This document shows, in pieces, positions 54,137 through 63,028 of a stretch of DNA of 64,000 nt. How positions within the stretch are numbered: the stretch's first letter is position 1; each line of letters starts with the position of its first letter. Made by a program: the position numbers and the translations under genes. This stretch comes from Dehalococcoidia bacterium. Lineage in GTDB: Bacteria; Chloroflexota; Dehalococcoidia; Lucifugimonadales; CBDCYU01. Where the stretch lies: contig CBDCYU010000003.1 in NCBI GenBank assembly GCA_965224345.1, positions 905,748 through 969,747 of the forward strand, in the 5' to 3' direction. The notes under the pieces are model-generated. The model did no database searches, was not told the DNA's origin, and saw only the letters and a program-made list of their open reading frames with translations.

Positions 54137-57100
54137 ATGCCGCGTATCTTCGACAACCTGGCGCCTGGCGCCAGTCTCCTGCCCGCGTTGCAGGAGACCT
54201 TGGAACTATCGTCGCGAGCAGACTTCTGCGTCGGCTACTTCAACCTGCGCGGCTGGAGTGGTCTTGCGCCGCTCGTGGACAGCTGGCAGCCGGAGGACGG
54301 ACCGTGCCGCGTCCTTATCGGGATGCAGCGACTTCCGCACGACGACCTCCGGGAGACCCTCAGCCTCGTTGATAGGCCCTCGGGCATGGACAACCAGACG
54401 GCGCATCGCCTCAGAGTCCAGTTGGCCGAACAGCTGCGCCAGCAGCTCACCATCGGTGCTCCTTCCAACGCCGACGAGCGGACCTTACGGCAGTTGGCTG
54501 CACAGCTTCGAGCCAAGAAGGTCATCGTCAAGCTCTTCCTCCGTCACCCCTTGCACGCGAAGCTCTATCTGCTGTTTCGCAACGATCCCATCAACCCCAT
54601 CGTCGGCTACCTGGGTAGCAGCAACCTAACCTTTGCGGGCCTTGCGGGACAGGGCGAGTTGAACGTGGACGTGCTCGACCACGACTCCGCTCTCAAGCTC
54701 AAGGGTTGGTTTGAAGACAGATGGAACGACCGCTTCTGCGTCGACATCACCGACGAGCTGCTTCAGATCATCGAAGATAGCTGGGCGCGGGAAGCGCTGA
54801 TACCGCCGTACCACGTCTACCTGAAGATGGCCTATCACCTTTCCCATGAAGCCCGGGCCGGTCTCGCCGAGTTCAGGATTCCCAAGGTCTTTGGCGACCG
54901 GTTGTTCGACTTCCAGGCCGCCGCGGTCAAGATCGCGGCCCATCACCTGAACAAGCGCAATGGCGTGCTCATCGGCGACGTAGTAGGACTGGGCAAGACC
55001 CTGATGGCGACCGCCGTCGCTCGTATCTTTGAGGACGACTACGGGCTGGAGACGCTGATCATCTGTCCCAAGAACCTCGTTTCCATGTGGGAGGACTACG
55101 CTCACGAATACGGGTTGCGGGCCAGGGTGATTTCCATTAGTCAGGTAATAGGCCAGTTGCCAACCCTTCGGCGGCATCGCTTAGTCGTCATTGACGAGAG
55201 TCACAACCTCCGCAACCGCGAGGGCCGCCGCTACCGTGCCATCCAGGAGTACGTCCGCGAGAACGAGAGCAAGTGCATCCTCCTATCGGCAACGCCCTAC
55301 AACAAGACGTATCTGGACCTGTCCAACCAGCTGCGCATCTTCGTCGAGGATGACCAGGACCTTGGCATCCGCCCCGAACGACTCCTCCGACAGTTGGGCG
55401 AGATCGAGTTCAGCAGGCGCCACCAGGCTTCGCCGCGCACCCTGGCGGCCTTTGACTTCAGCGAGTACGCCGACGACTGGCGCGACCTGATGCGCCTCTA
55501 CCTAGTGCGCCGCACCCGCAGCTTCATCCAGGACAACTACGCGGAGACGGAACAGGAGACAGGCAGGAAGTTCCTCACCTACGAGGACGGGACCCTCTCC
55601 TTCTTCCCTACCCGCGTGCCAAAGACGGTCAAGTTCACCATCGACGACTCCAACCCCAACGACCAGTACGCCAAGCTGTACTCGCCCAAGGTGGTCGACA
55701 TAGTAAAGGACCTGTACCTGCCCAGGTACGGCCTCGGCAATTACCTACTGGATAAACCAGCGACTCCACCCACCAAGGAAGAGGAGCGACAAATCGACGA
55801 CCTGTCTAGGGCTGGCAAGCGGCTCATCGGATTCTGCCGCACGAACCTGTTCAAACGCCTGGAGAGCAGCGGCGCGGCGTTTCTGCAGTCCGTCGAGCGG
55901 CACGTACTCCGCAACTATGTCTTCCTCCATGCCATCAGGCACGACCTGCCTCTACCCCTTGGCACGCAGGACGCCGAGATGCTGGACTCCCGCTTCACCG
56001 ACGAGGATGCAGACCAGGCGAAGGGTGCTCTCTTCGACCCTGACGACGACGAGCAGGAGGAGGGCCTTGAAGAGACTGGCCGCGCTTGGACTGCCGCCGA
56101 CTTCGAGGCGCGGGCAGCCCAGATATACGCCGAGTACGAGGGCCGCTACAGGCGCCGCTTCAAGTGGCTCCGCGCTGACCTATTCGAGAGCTCCCTTGAG
56201 AGCGAGCTTCAGTCAGACGCCGATGCCCTCCAAGCCATCCTGACGGATTACGGGGCGTGGGACCCCGCCAAAGACGCCAAGCTCGACGCACTCCACTCAC
56301 TGCTGACGGAGACCTTCTCGGATCGGAAGGCGCTGGTGTTCTCCCAGTTCGCCGACACGGTTCACTACCTGGAATCGCAACTCAAGAAGAGAGGGGTTGC
56401 GGACATGGCCGGCGTCACCGGCAGCTCCGCCGACCCCACGCAGTTGGCATGGCGATTCAGCCCGGACAGCAACCAGCGGCCGGGCCAGGGTAAACCGGAG
56501 CGGGAGCTTCGAGTCCTGGTCTCCACCGATGTACTCAGCGAGGGCCAGAACCTCCAGGACTCTCACGTCGTCGTGAACTACGACCTGCCCTGGGCCATCA
56601 TCCGCCTCATCCAGCGTGCGGGCCGCGTCGACCGCATCGGACAGAAGGCGGAGGAGATCCTCTGTCACTCTTTCCTGCCCGCCGAGGGTGTTGAGCGCAT
56701 CATTGACCTGCGCGGGCGGGTCCGGGACCGGCTCAGGGAAAACGCTGAGGTGGTCGGCGCGGACGAGGCGTTCTTCGAAGACGAGGACGACAGTCAAACT
56801 ATCGTCGACCTGTACCACGAACGCGCCGGCATCTTGGACGGCGACCCGGAAGGCGACGTAGACCTTGCGTCCCACGCCTACCAGATTTGGAAGAACGCCA
56901 TCGGTGCGGACCCGTCGCTGGCGAAGGCCGTGGCCGACTTGCCGGACGTCGTCTTCTCCTCGCGGCAGCACATGCCCATCGCCCAACGGCCCGAAGGCGT
57001 CCTCGTGTTCATGCGCACCGCCGATGGCAACGACGCCCTGGCCTACGTGGACCGGGAAGGCCGGAGCATCACTGAGTCGCAGCATGAAATCCTTTCAGCC

Positions 57101-57544
57101 GCCGAGTGCAGGCCCGACACCCCTGCGCAGCCTCACCACGAGAGCCACCACCAGCTCGTCGTAGAGGGCGTCAGGCACGTCGTCAGGGAGGAGAAGCGGG
57201 TCGGCGGCCAGCTGGGGCGGCCCTCCGGCGCCCGCTTCCGCACCTACACGCGCCTCAAGGCCTACGCTGATGCCATCAGGGGCCAGCTGTTCGACGTGGA
57301 GGCGCTGCACAAAGCCATCGACGACATCTACCGCTATCCCCTGCGCCAGTCGGCGGTCGATACGCTGAACCGGCAGCTGCGCAGCGGCGTCTCCGACGAC
57401 CAGTTGGCCGAAATCGTCATGTCCCTGCGCGAGGAGGACAGGCTCTGCCTGACCGGTGACGATGCCGCCGAGTCTCAGGAGCCGCAGATCATCTGCTCCC
57501 TGGGCCTGTTCGAGGCCGACGCGCAGCATGATGACGCTAATTGA
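54137..57544 (+). CDS. PLD-like (single HKD) nuclease domain fused to an SNF2-family helicase
   Basis: N-terminal LHAKLYLL...GSSNLT (nt 54554-54625). Helicase motifs GDVVGLGKT, VVIDESHNLRN, LLSATPYNK, QRAGRVDRIGQ. Confidence 0.9.
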   Translation: MPRIFDNLAPGASLLPALQETLELSSRADFCVGYFNLRGWSGLAPLVDSWQPEDGPCRVLIGMQRLPHDDLRETLSLVDRPSGMDNQTAHRLRVQLAEQLRQQLTIGAPSNADERTLRQLAAQLRAKKVIVKLFLRHPLHAKLYLLFRNDPINPIVGYLGSSNLTFAGLAGQGELNVDVLDHDSALKLKGWFEDRWNDRFCVDITDELLQIIEDSWAREALIPPYHVYLKMAYHLSHEARAGLAEFRIPKVFGDRLFDFQAAAVKIAAHHLNKRNGVLIGDVVGLGKTLMATAVARIFEDDYGLETLIICPKNLVSMWEDYAHEYGLRARVISISQVIGQLPTLRRHRLVVIDESHNLRNREGRRYRAIQEYVRENESKCILLSATPYNKTYLDLSNQLRIFVEDDQDLGIRPERLLRQLGEIEFSRRHQASPRTLAAFDFSEYADDWRDLMRLYLVRRTRSFIQDNYAETEQETGRKFLTYEDGTLSFFPTRVPKTVKFTIDDSNPNDQYAKLYSPKVVDIVKDLYLPRYGLGNYLLDKPATPPTKEEERQIDDLSRAGKRLIGFCRTNLFKRLESSGAAFLQSVERHVLRNYVFLHAIRHDLPLPLGTQDAEMLDSRFTDEDADQAKGALFDPDDDEQEEGLEETGRAWTAADFEARAAQIYAEYEGRYRRRFKWLRADLFESSLESELQSDADALQAILTDYGAWDPAKDAKLDALHSLLTETFSDRKALVFSQFADTVHYLESQLKKRGVADMAGVTGSSADPTQLAWRFSPDSNQRPGQGKPERELRVLVSTDVLSEGQNLQDSHVVVNYDLPWAIIRLIQRAGRVDRIGQKAEEILCHSFLPAEGVERIIDLRGRVRDRLRENAEVVGADEAFFEDEDDSQTIVDLYHERAGILDGDPEGDVDLASHAYQIWKNAIGADPSLAKAVADLPDVVFSSRQHMPIAQRPEGVLVFMRTADGNDALAYVDREGRSITESQHEILSAAECRPDTPAQPHHESHHQLVVEGVRHVVREEKRVGGQLGRPSGARFRTYTRLKAYADAIRGQLFDVEALHKAIDDIYRYPLRQSAVDTLNRQLRSGVSDDQLAEIVMSLREEDRLCLTGDDAAESQEPQIICSLGLFEADAQHDDAN

Positions 57545-57587
57545 CTCGTTCGCCTTACCCGATTATCATAAACGTAAGGAGGAAGCT

Positions 57588-57839
57588 ATGATTGTCAAGA
57601 TTACCTCGAAGCGTCAGGTCACCTTCCCCAAACACGTTCTCGACGAGCTGGGCGTGGGGCCCGGCGACCGACTGGAGCTGCTGGAAGGACCCGACGGCTT
57701 CACCCTGCGCCCCAAGCGGATCGACTACTCCAAGCTGGGCACACTTCGCGACAAGATACGGCCCGGAACCCCACCCTTCGACATCCGCAAGTTCAGGGAC
57801 GAACGGGAGCAGGGGCATGGCCCAGCGCTACGGCGTTGA
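57588..57839 (+). CDS. vapB: AbrB/MazE/SpoVT-family antitoxin
   Basis: MIVKITSKRQVTFPKHVLDELGVGPGDRLEL. AAGGAGG RBS. Overlaps the PIN gene by 23 nt. Confidence 0.8.
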   Translation: MIVKITSKRQVTFPKHVLDELGVGPGDRLELLEGPDGFTLRPKRIDYSKLGTLRDKIRPGTPPFDIRKFRDEREQGHGPALRR

Positions 57840-58215
57840 CACCTCGGTCCTCGTCAGGCTGGTCGCACGCGAGCCGCAAGCAGACTTCGAGCGCTGTGTG
57901 CGCCGTCTTGGCGCCTTGGTGGAGGAGCAGAGATGCGAGATATTGGCGTCCAACCAGGCGATAGGCGAGGCCTACGCCGCATTGATTCACCACTACGACA
58001 TGGCTAGCGCCGACGCCCGCGCAGGTCTCCTGGATGCACTGACCAGCGGCCTCGTAGCGCCCCTGAACGGCCAGGCCGTCATAGAGGCCCTCTCTGCCTC
58101 CGGCGGCCCCGGACTCTTCGACCGCCTCATCGCCGACGACTACGCCCGCGCCGAGCTGGAGACGCTGACCCTGGACCAGCAGATGGCCTCCCTGGCCGAC
58201 GCGCGGCTTCTTTAG
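57817..58215 (+). CDS. vapC: PIN-domain toxin
   Basis: YGVDTSVLVRL (first Asp), AIGEAY (Glu), FDRLIADDYARAELETLTLDQQ (D.LIA..A....L.T.D pattern). Confidence 0.8.
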   Translation: MAQRYGVDTSVLVRLVAREPQADFERCVRRLGALVEEQRCEILASNQAIGEAYAALIHHYDMASADARAGLLDALTSGLVAPLNGQAVIEALSASGGPGLFDRLIADDYARAELETLTLDQQMASLADARLL

Positions 58216-58224
58216 GAGACGGAT

Positions 58225-61200
58225 ATGCCGGTTTCCATTGAAGAGCTACGGCCCCACCTACAGGCCTTTGACTTTCCGCGTCTCTTCATCGAGGGGCTGG
58301 GCTGGGACCACTTCCAAGTCGAGCCGCTAGTCCTGCCGGTTGACGGCCACGAGTACGCGCTCAAGCCCGTGGCGGAAAAGGCACAGTTCGCAGTCTTTGA
58401 GTGTGCCCCTGGACCCGACGGTGCTATACCGGGGTACCCGGTGCGGCGCAAGATCGAGACGCAGGTCACAAAGCGGACCTTCGAGCACCTCATCATCTTT
58501 GTCGATTCCGAGCGCAAGCAGCAGGTTTGGCAATGGGTTAAGCGACAGGCTGGCAAACCCACCGCCTGCCGGGAGCACCGGTTCGACTCGGGCCAGACAG
58601 GGCAGCCCCTGTTGCAGCGCCTCGATAGCTTCATCTTCACCCTGGAGGACGAGGCCAAGGGCATCGGCATTGGCGACGTCACAACCGGTGTAGGCAAGGC
58701 TTTCGACGTTGAGAGGGTCACCAAGCGCTTCTACGACCGGTTCCGCACCGAGCTCACCGCCTTCGGGAAGTTCATCGAGGGCATAACCGCCCAGGGCGAC
58801 CGAGACTGGTACGCCTCCCTGATGCTCAATCGCATGATGTTCGTTTACTTCGTCCAGAAGCAGGGTTTCCTGGATGGCAACACCGACTACCTTCGCACCA
58901 AGCTGCGCCAGGTCCAGACCGGGTATGGCGACGGTCGCTTCCAACAGTTTTATCGCGAGTTTCTTCTGAAGCTGTTCCACGATGGTCTGGGGCGGCCGGT
59001 GGACCAGCGCAACGAGGAACTAAAGGACCTCCTGGGCGAGGTTCCCTTCCTCAACGGCGGCCTCTTCGACGTTCACGACCTGGAGCGGGACAACCCCGAC
59101 ATCCAGATCCCCGACGACGCCTTCCGGCGCGTCTTCGACTTCTTCGACGACTACCGCTGGCACCTGGACGAGCGCCCTCACGGGGAGGACAACGAGATCA
59201 ACCCCGATGTCCTCGGCTACATCTTCGAGAAGTACGTCAACCAGAAGCAGATGGGCGCCTACTACACCAAGGAGGACATCACCGGCTACATCTCCCGCAA
59301 CACGGTCATCCCCTTCCTGTTCGACGCCGCAAGGAAGGAGTGCCGGGTGGCCTTCGAGCCGAACGGCGGCGTCTGGCGGCTGCTGCGGGACGACCCCGAC
59401 CGCTACATCTACCCGGCCGTCGGCCACGGCGTAACCTGGAACGCCCGCGACGCCCATAACCCAACTCCCCTCGACTCGCCCTTCGATTTGCCCGACGACA
59501 TAGCCGCCGGTATCGACGACGTGTCCCAGCGCGGCGGCTGGAACAGCCCCGCGCCCGACGACTGCGCCCTGCCAACCGAGACCTGGCGAGAGGTGGTCGC
59601 TCGTCGCTCACGCTACGCCGAGGTCCGGGGCCAGCTCGAGGCGGGCGAGGTCCGGGAAATCAACGACCTCGTCACGCTGAACCTGGACGTCGAGCGGTTC
59701 GCCCAGGACGTCATCGCCCAGAGCGAAGGGCCGGAGCTCCTGCGCGCCTTCTGGCACGCCATGCGCGACGTATCCGTCCTCGACCCCACCTGCGGCTCCG
59801 GCGCCTTCCTGTTCGCCGCCCTCAACATCCTCGAACCCCTCTACACCGCCTGCCTGGAGGGGATGCGCGGCTTCCTGGACGACGCCGCAAGGTCCGAGCG
59901 CAAGCGCGGCCCCGGCTATCTCAACGACTTCAAGCGTGTCCTGGCCCAGGTCGAAGAGCATCACAGCGAGCGCTACTTCATCCTCAAGTCTATCGTCCTC
60001 AACAACCTCTACGGCGTCGACATCATGGAAGAGGCCGTAGAGATCTGCAAGCTGCGCCTCTTCCTGAAGCTCGTCGCCCAGCTCGAGACCTACGACCAGA
60101 TCGAGCCGCTGCCGGACATCGACTTCAACATCCGCGCCGGCAACACGCTGGTGGGCTTCACCTCCCTGGACGCCGTGCGCCAGGCCATGACCATCACGCC
60201 CGACGGCCAATACCGTGCCGTAGACGCCGAACAGCAGGCGGCGCTCGCCCGCATAGAGGAGAAGGCAGAAGAGGCAGACCGGCAGGCAGGCCGATTCAGA
60301 GACCAACAGACCACGCACGGCGGCGAGATAACCCCTCAGCACAAGGCCGAACTGCGCGGGCGGCTGCGCGCCCTGGCGGACGAGCTGGACCGCTACCTGG
60401 CCAAGGAGTCCGGCAAGCACAACGTCAAGCCCAAGGACCCCAAGAACCCCACGCCCCAAGAAGCCAAGACGAAGTGCGACAGGGACTCCTCCACCCACGA
60501 TGCCTATCCGTGCTGGCGCGACAGCCACCGGCCCTTCCACTGGTTCGCCGAGTTCTACGGCATCATGAGCAAGGGCGGCTTTGACGTGGTGATCGGTAAC
60601 CCGCCGTACGTATCCAGGCGAAAGGTAGCCGAGTCGTATACGCCGAAGGGATTTCGGACTGCGGGGTGTCCAGACATATACGCCACCGTCGTAGAGCGAA
60701 GCGTCAACGTTTGCCGGTCCGGCGGACGGACAAGCATGATCGTGCCCCTGAGCCTTGCGTTTAGTTCAAGATTCACCAGCCTGCGCACCTACCTACATGG
60801 GGAGTGCAATTCGCTTTGGTTCTCATCCTTTGGGCGTATACCATCCGCACTCTTCAGTTTCGATACTAGGGTACGCAACACGATCTATCTGCCTCGTAAG
60901 TCTTCAAGGTCGCCGAAGCGCAGCTTCACGACACGGCTTCACAGATGGTTCGACTCTCAGCGTCCGACCCTGTTCGACGGCTTGTCGTACTCACCGTTCT
61001 CCCCGTCAGCGTTTGGTGGGCTGATTCCCAAGCTGGGTAGTGCCCATCTCCTACAGGGATTCGAGTCACTGCTGGAGGGTAGCGGCTACCGACTCGAGAA
61101 CGAGCTCGCCCCGTCGCGGCAGGGGCACCACCTTCACTTCAAGCAGACGGCCTACAACTGGCTGACGTTCTGTGTCGACCAACCGCCAGTGTATGGACCT

Positions 61201-61629
61201 GCCAATAGTCCCATCAGCCAGACTCAGTACGCGACCATACGTTTCCGACAGGAAGAGGACAGAGATCTGTCCTTGCTGATAGCGAACGGTCTGCTGATGT
61301 TCACCTGGTGGGTCGCCATCGGAGACGACTTTCACCTAACGCAGAGCAACTTTGCGACTGCTCCCTTTGGGATGGGCCAACTGAACGAAGACCAGCGCCG
61401 ACACCTCTCAGCCCTTCTGCCTGAATTGGAACAGGCAATGAATAAGAACCTGGTGTTCAAGCTGAACGCGGGCAAGAACATCGGCAACTACAACCTCGCC
61501 AGATGCCGTCGCGTCACGGACAAGGTAGACAAAGCGTGGCTGGAAGCCGTCGGCCTAAGCGACCTGTGGGAAGACATTGAGTTGGAGCACGCGTTGGTCG
61601 TGCGGACATCGTTCGAGGACGGGGAGTAG
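58225..61629 (+). CDS. Large Eco57I/PglX-like N6-adenine DNA methyltransferase with uncharacterised N-terminal domain and C-terminal TRD-like region
   Basis: Motif I VLDPTCGSGAFLFAAL (about nt 59779-59815). PFHWFAEF...GGFDVVIGNPPYV (NPPY at 60598-60609). 1134 aa. AGGAGA RBS. Confidence 0.9.
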   Translation: MPVSIEELRPHLQAFDFPRLFIEGLGWDHFQVEPLVLPVDGHEYALKPVAEKAQFAVFECAPGPDGAIPGYPVRRKIETQVTKRTFEHLIIFVDSERKQQVWQWVKRQAGKPTACREHRFDSGQTGQPLLQRLDSFIFTLEDEAKGIGIGDVTTGVGKAFDVERVTKRFYDRFRTELTAFGKFIEGITAQGDRDWYASLMLNRMMFVYFVQKQGFLDGNTDYLRTKLRQVQTGYGDGRFQQFYREFLLKLFHDGLGRPVDQRNEELKDLLGEVPFLNGGLFDVHDLERDNPDIQIPDDAFRRVFDFFDDYRWHLDERPHGEDNEINPDVLGYIFEKYVNQKQMGAYYTKEDITGYISRNTVIPFLFDAARKECRVAFEPNGGVWRLLRDDPDRYIYPAVGHGVTWNARDAHNPTPLDSPFDLPDDIAAGIDDVSQRGGWNSPAPDDCALPTETWREVVARRSRYAEVRGQLEAGEVREINDLVTLNLDVERFAQDVIAQSEGPELLRAFWHAMRDVSVLDPTCGSGAFLFAALNILEPLYTACLEGMRGFLDDAARSERKRGPGYLNDFKRVLAQVEEHHSERYFILKSIVLNNLYGVDIMEEAVEICKLRLFLKLVAQLETYDQIEPLPDIDFNIRAGNTLVGFTSLDAVRQAMTITPDGQYRAVDAEQQAALARIEEKAEEADRQAGRFRDQQTTHGGEITPQHKAELRGRLRALADELDRYLAKESGKHNVKPKDPKNPTPQEAKTKCDRDSSTHDAYPCWRDSHRPFHWFAEFYGIMSKGGFDVVIGNPPYVSRRKVAESYTPKGFRTAGCPDIYATVVERSVNVCRSGGRTSMIVPLSLAFSSRFTSLRTYLHGECNSLWFSSFGRIPSALFSFDTRVRNTIYLPRKSSRSPKRSFTTRLHRWFDSQRPTLFDGLSYSPFSPSAFGGLIPKLGSAHLLQGFESLLEGSGYRLENELAPSRQGHHLHFKQTAYNWLTFCVDQPPVYGPANSPISQTQYATIRFRQEEDRDLSLLIANGLLMFTWWVAIGDDFHLTQSNFATAPFGMGQLNEDQRRHLSALLPELEQAMNKNLVFKLNAGKNIGNYNLARCRRVTDKVDKAWLEAVGLSDLWEDIELEHALVVRTSFEDGE

Positions 61630-61642
61630 CGACACTTCTCAA

Positions 61643-62176
61643 ATGCTGAACCTGTTCGCCAAAACCCTGCTAGCATCAACCTCCTTAACTCCCGTACTCG
61701 GTGCTATGGCTGTAACTGATATTGAGCATTGCGAGCCATGGACTCGTTGGATTTGGTGGATTCTCGGAGCTATGCTCCTAGTGGCTATCTGCTGGGCACT
61801 ACTAGAATACCAAGCTCGAAATGGCCAGAAGGAATTGATTACCATCAAGGAGTTTGAACGAAGAGACCAAGAGGTGCTTGTGTTCCTCTTCATCTACCTG
61901 CTGCCGTTCCTTAGGTCGACCGACCCTATGTTCTCCCCACAATTGCTGACGGGTGGCTACATATTGGCCATCATTGTTCTTGCTATCGCGGATGCCGGTG
62001 CCTTCCACTTCAACCCGGTCATGCGTTTGCTCAGGTTTCGCTTTTATTCCATTAAAACGCAAGATGGTCTGTCCAGCCTACTTATCAGCAAGAGGGAACT
62101 GCGTCGCCTATGCGAGATTGAAACTGTAAGTCTTAGTCGGAACATCTACTTGTACACAGGAGCCTCTTATGCTTGA
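61643..62176 (+). CDS. Four-TM membrane protein of unknown function
   Basis: ATG 13 nt after the MTase stop. Helices WIWWILGAMLLVAICWALL, VLVFLFIYLLPFL and GGYILAIIVLAIADAGAF, plus a weaker N-terminal one. About 50-aa soluble tail. About 50% GC. Confidence 0.7.
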   Translation: MLNLFAKTLLASTSLTPVLGAMAVTDIEHCEPWTRWIWWILGAMLLVAICWALLEYQARNGQKELITIKEFERRDQEVLVFLFIYLLPFLRSTDPMFSPQLLTGGYILAIIVLAIADAGAFHFNPVMRLLRFRFYSIKTQDGLSSLLISKRELRRLCEIETVSLSRNIYLYTGASYA

Positions 62177-62510
62177 GAACTTCCATCTAGCGGCTATCCT
62201 CAGACAAGGAACACACACGTACTTGCGGCAGATACGGCTCCACCAAAATCTGCAAGGTACTCTTGCCGAGAGTTGGGAAGGACAATTTCTGCAATTCACT
62301 ACTGGCATTGAAGAGGTCGATTTTGATCCGGGCTACCGGCCTGAGCGACACGAGCGTTTCCGATTGAGTGACTACATGCCTCCCGAATGGCTAGCAAAGG
62401 AAACTAGCCAGACCATTCAACATCTCGGTCTACTAGACAGTGAGACACGACTGCTCGATTCCATCACTGGCATCGTGGGAATGGCGAGAGATGGCAAGGG
62501 GAGGAATTGA
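62169..62510 (+). CDS. Hypothetical protein (possible N-terminal part of a split gene)
   Basis: ATG overlaps the upstream stop by 8 nt. 113 aa. Its stop overlaps the next start (TGATG). Confidence 0.55.
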   Translation: MLENFHLAAILRQGTHTYLRQIRLHQNLQGTLAESWEGQFLQFTTGIEEVDFDPGYRPERHERFRLSDYMPPEWLAKETSQTIQHLGLLDSETRLLDSITGIVGMARDGKGRN

Positions 62511-62974
62511 TGTTATTTCAGAATTTCACGCATTCTCGAGTGATCCGGCCGGGCCGGTTCCTGCTCCTTGGCGGCGGCGATACCTACGTTAGTCCCGAAC
62601 GACCAGGATTGACTCTTGATGCAAAATTGAGTGCTGTTTATCAGCCCGCCCTTAGCAAATTGCTGTTCGTCAACCTTCGAACCGTCAACACTTTCCTGCC
62701 GTTACTTGACCTTTACAAGGAAGCAACGGAGGAGGATATCCGAGAAGTATTAAGTCACGACAGACTAGCAGCTGAGGACCTAGATGCTTCGGCCACCGAC
62801 ACCAATCAATGGTTCGCCAAACGAATAACTATGCTCAGAGATTCGAGAGTCCTAGACCAATTTTCTGCCGATCAAATCAAAGCGCGTTCCGTCGGGCATA
62901 GCGTATCCATTGCAATCCTAGAGGACAAGATTGATTCCCTCGTAACAAGTCATGGGCGAGGGTATTGGAAGTGA
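62507..62974 (+). CDS. Hypothetical protein (possible C-terminal part of a split gene)
   Basis: ATG at 62510 overlaps the upstream TGA. 154-155 aa. About 43-48% GC. Confidence 0.55.
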   Translation: MMLFQNFTHSRVIRPGRFLLLGGGDTYVSPERPGLTLDAKLSAVYQPALSKLLFVNLRTVNTFLPLLDLYKEATEEDIREVLSHDRLAAEDLDASATDTNQWFAKRITMLRDSRVLDQFSADQIKARSVGHSVSIAILEDKIDSLVTSHGRGYWK

Positions 62975-63028
62975 GGGATAATAGGAGCGGGGAAAGTGGA
63001 GGAGTGAACGCTCAGGAGTAGGTGGTCG

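Noticed and set aside
54626-60540. Minus-strand ORFs inside the defence genes (54626-55177, 56297-57085, 57095-57529, 58327-58980, 59608-60540)
   Set aside because: All are antisense shadows of long plus-strand ORFs that carry unambiguous helicase and methyltransferase motifs.
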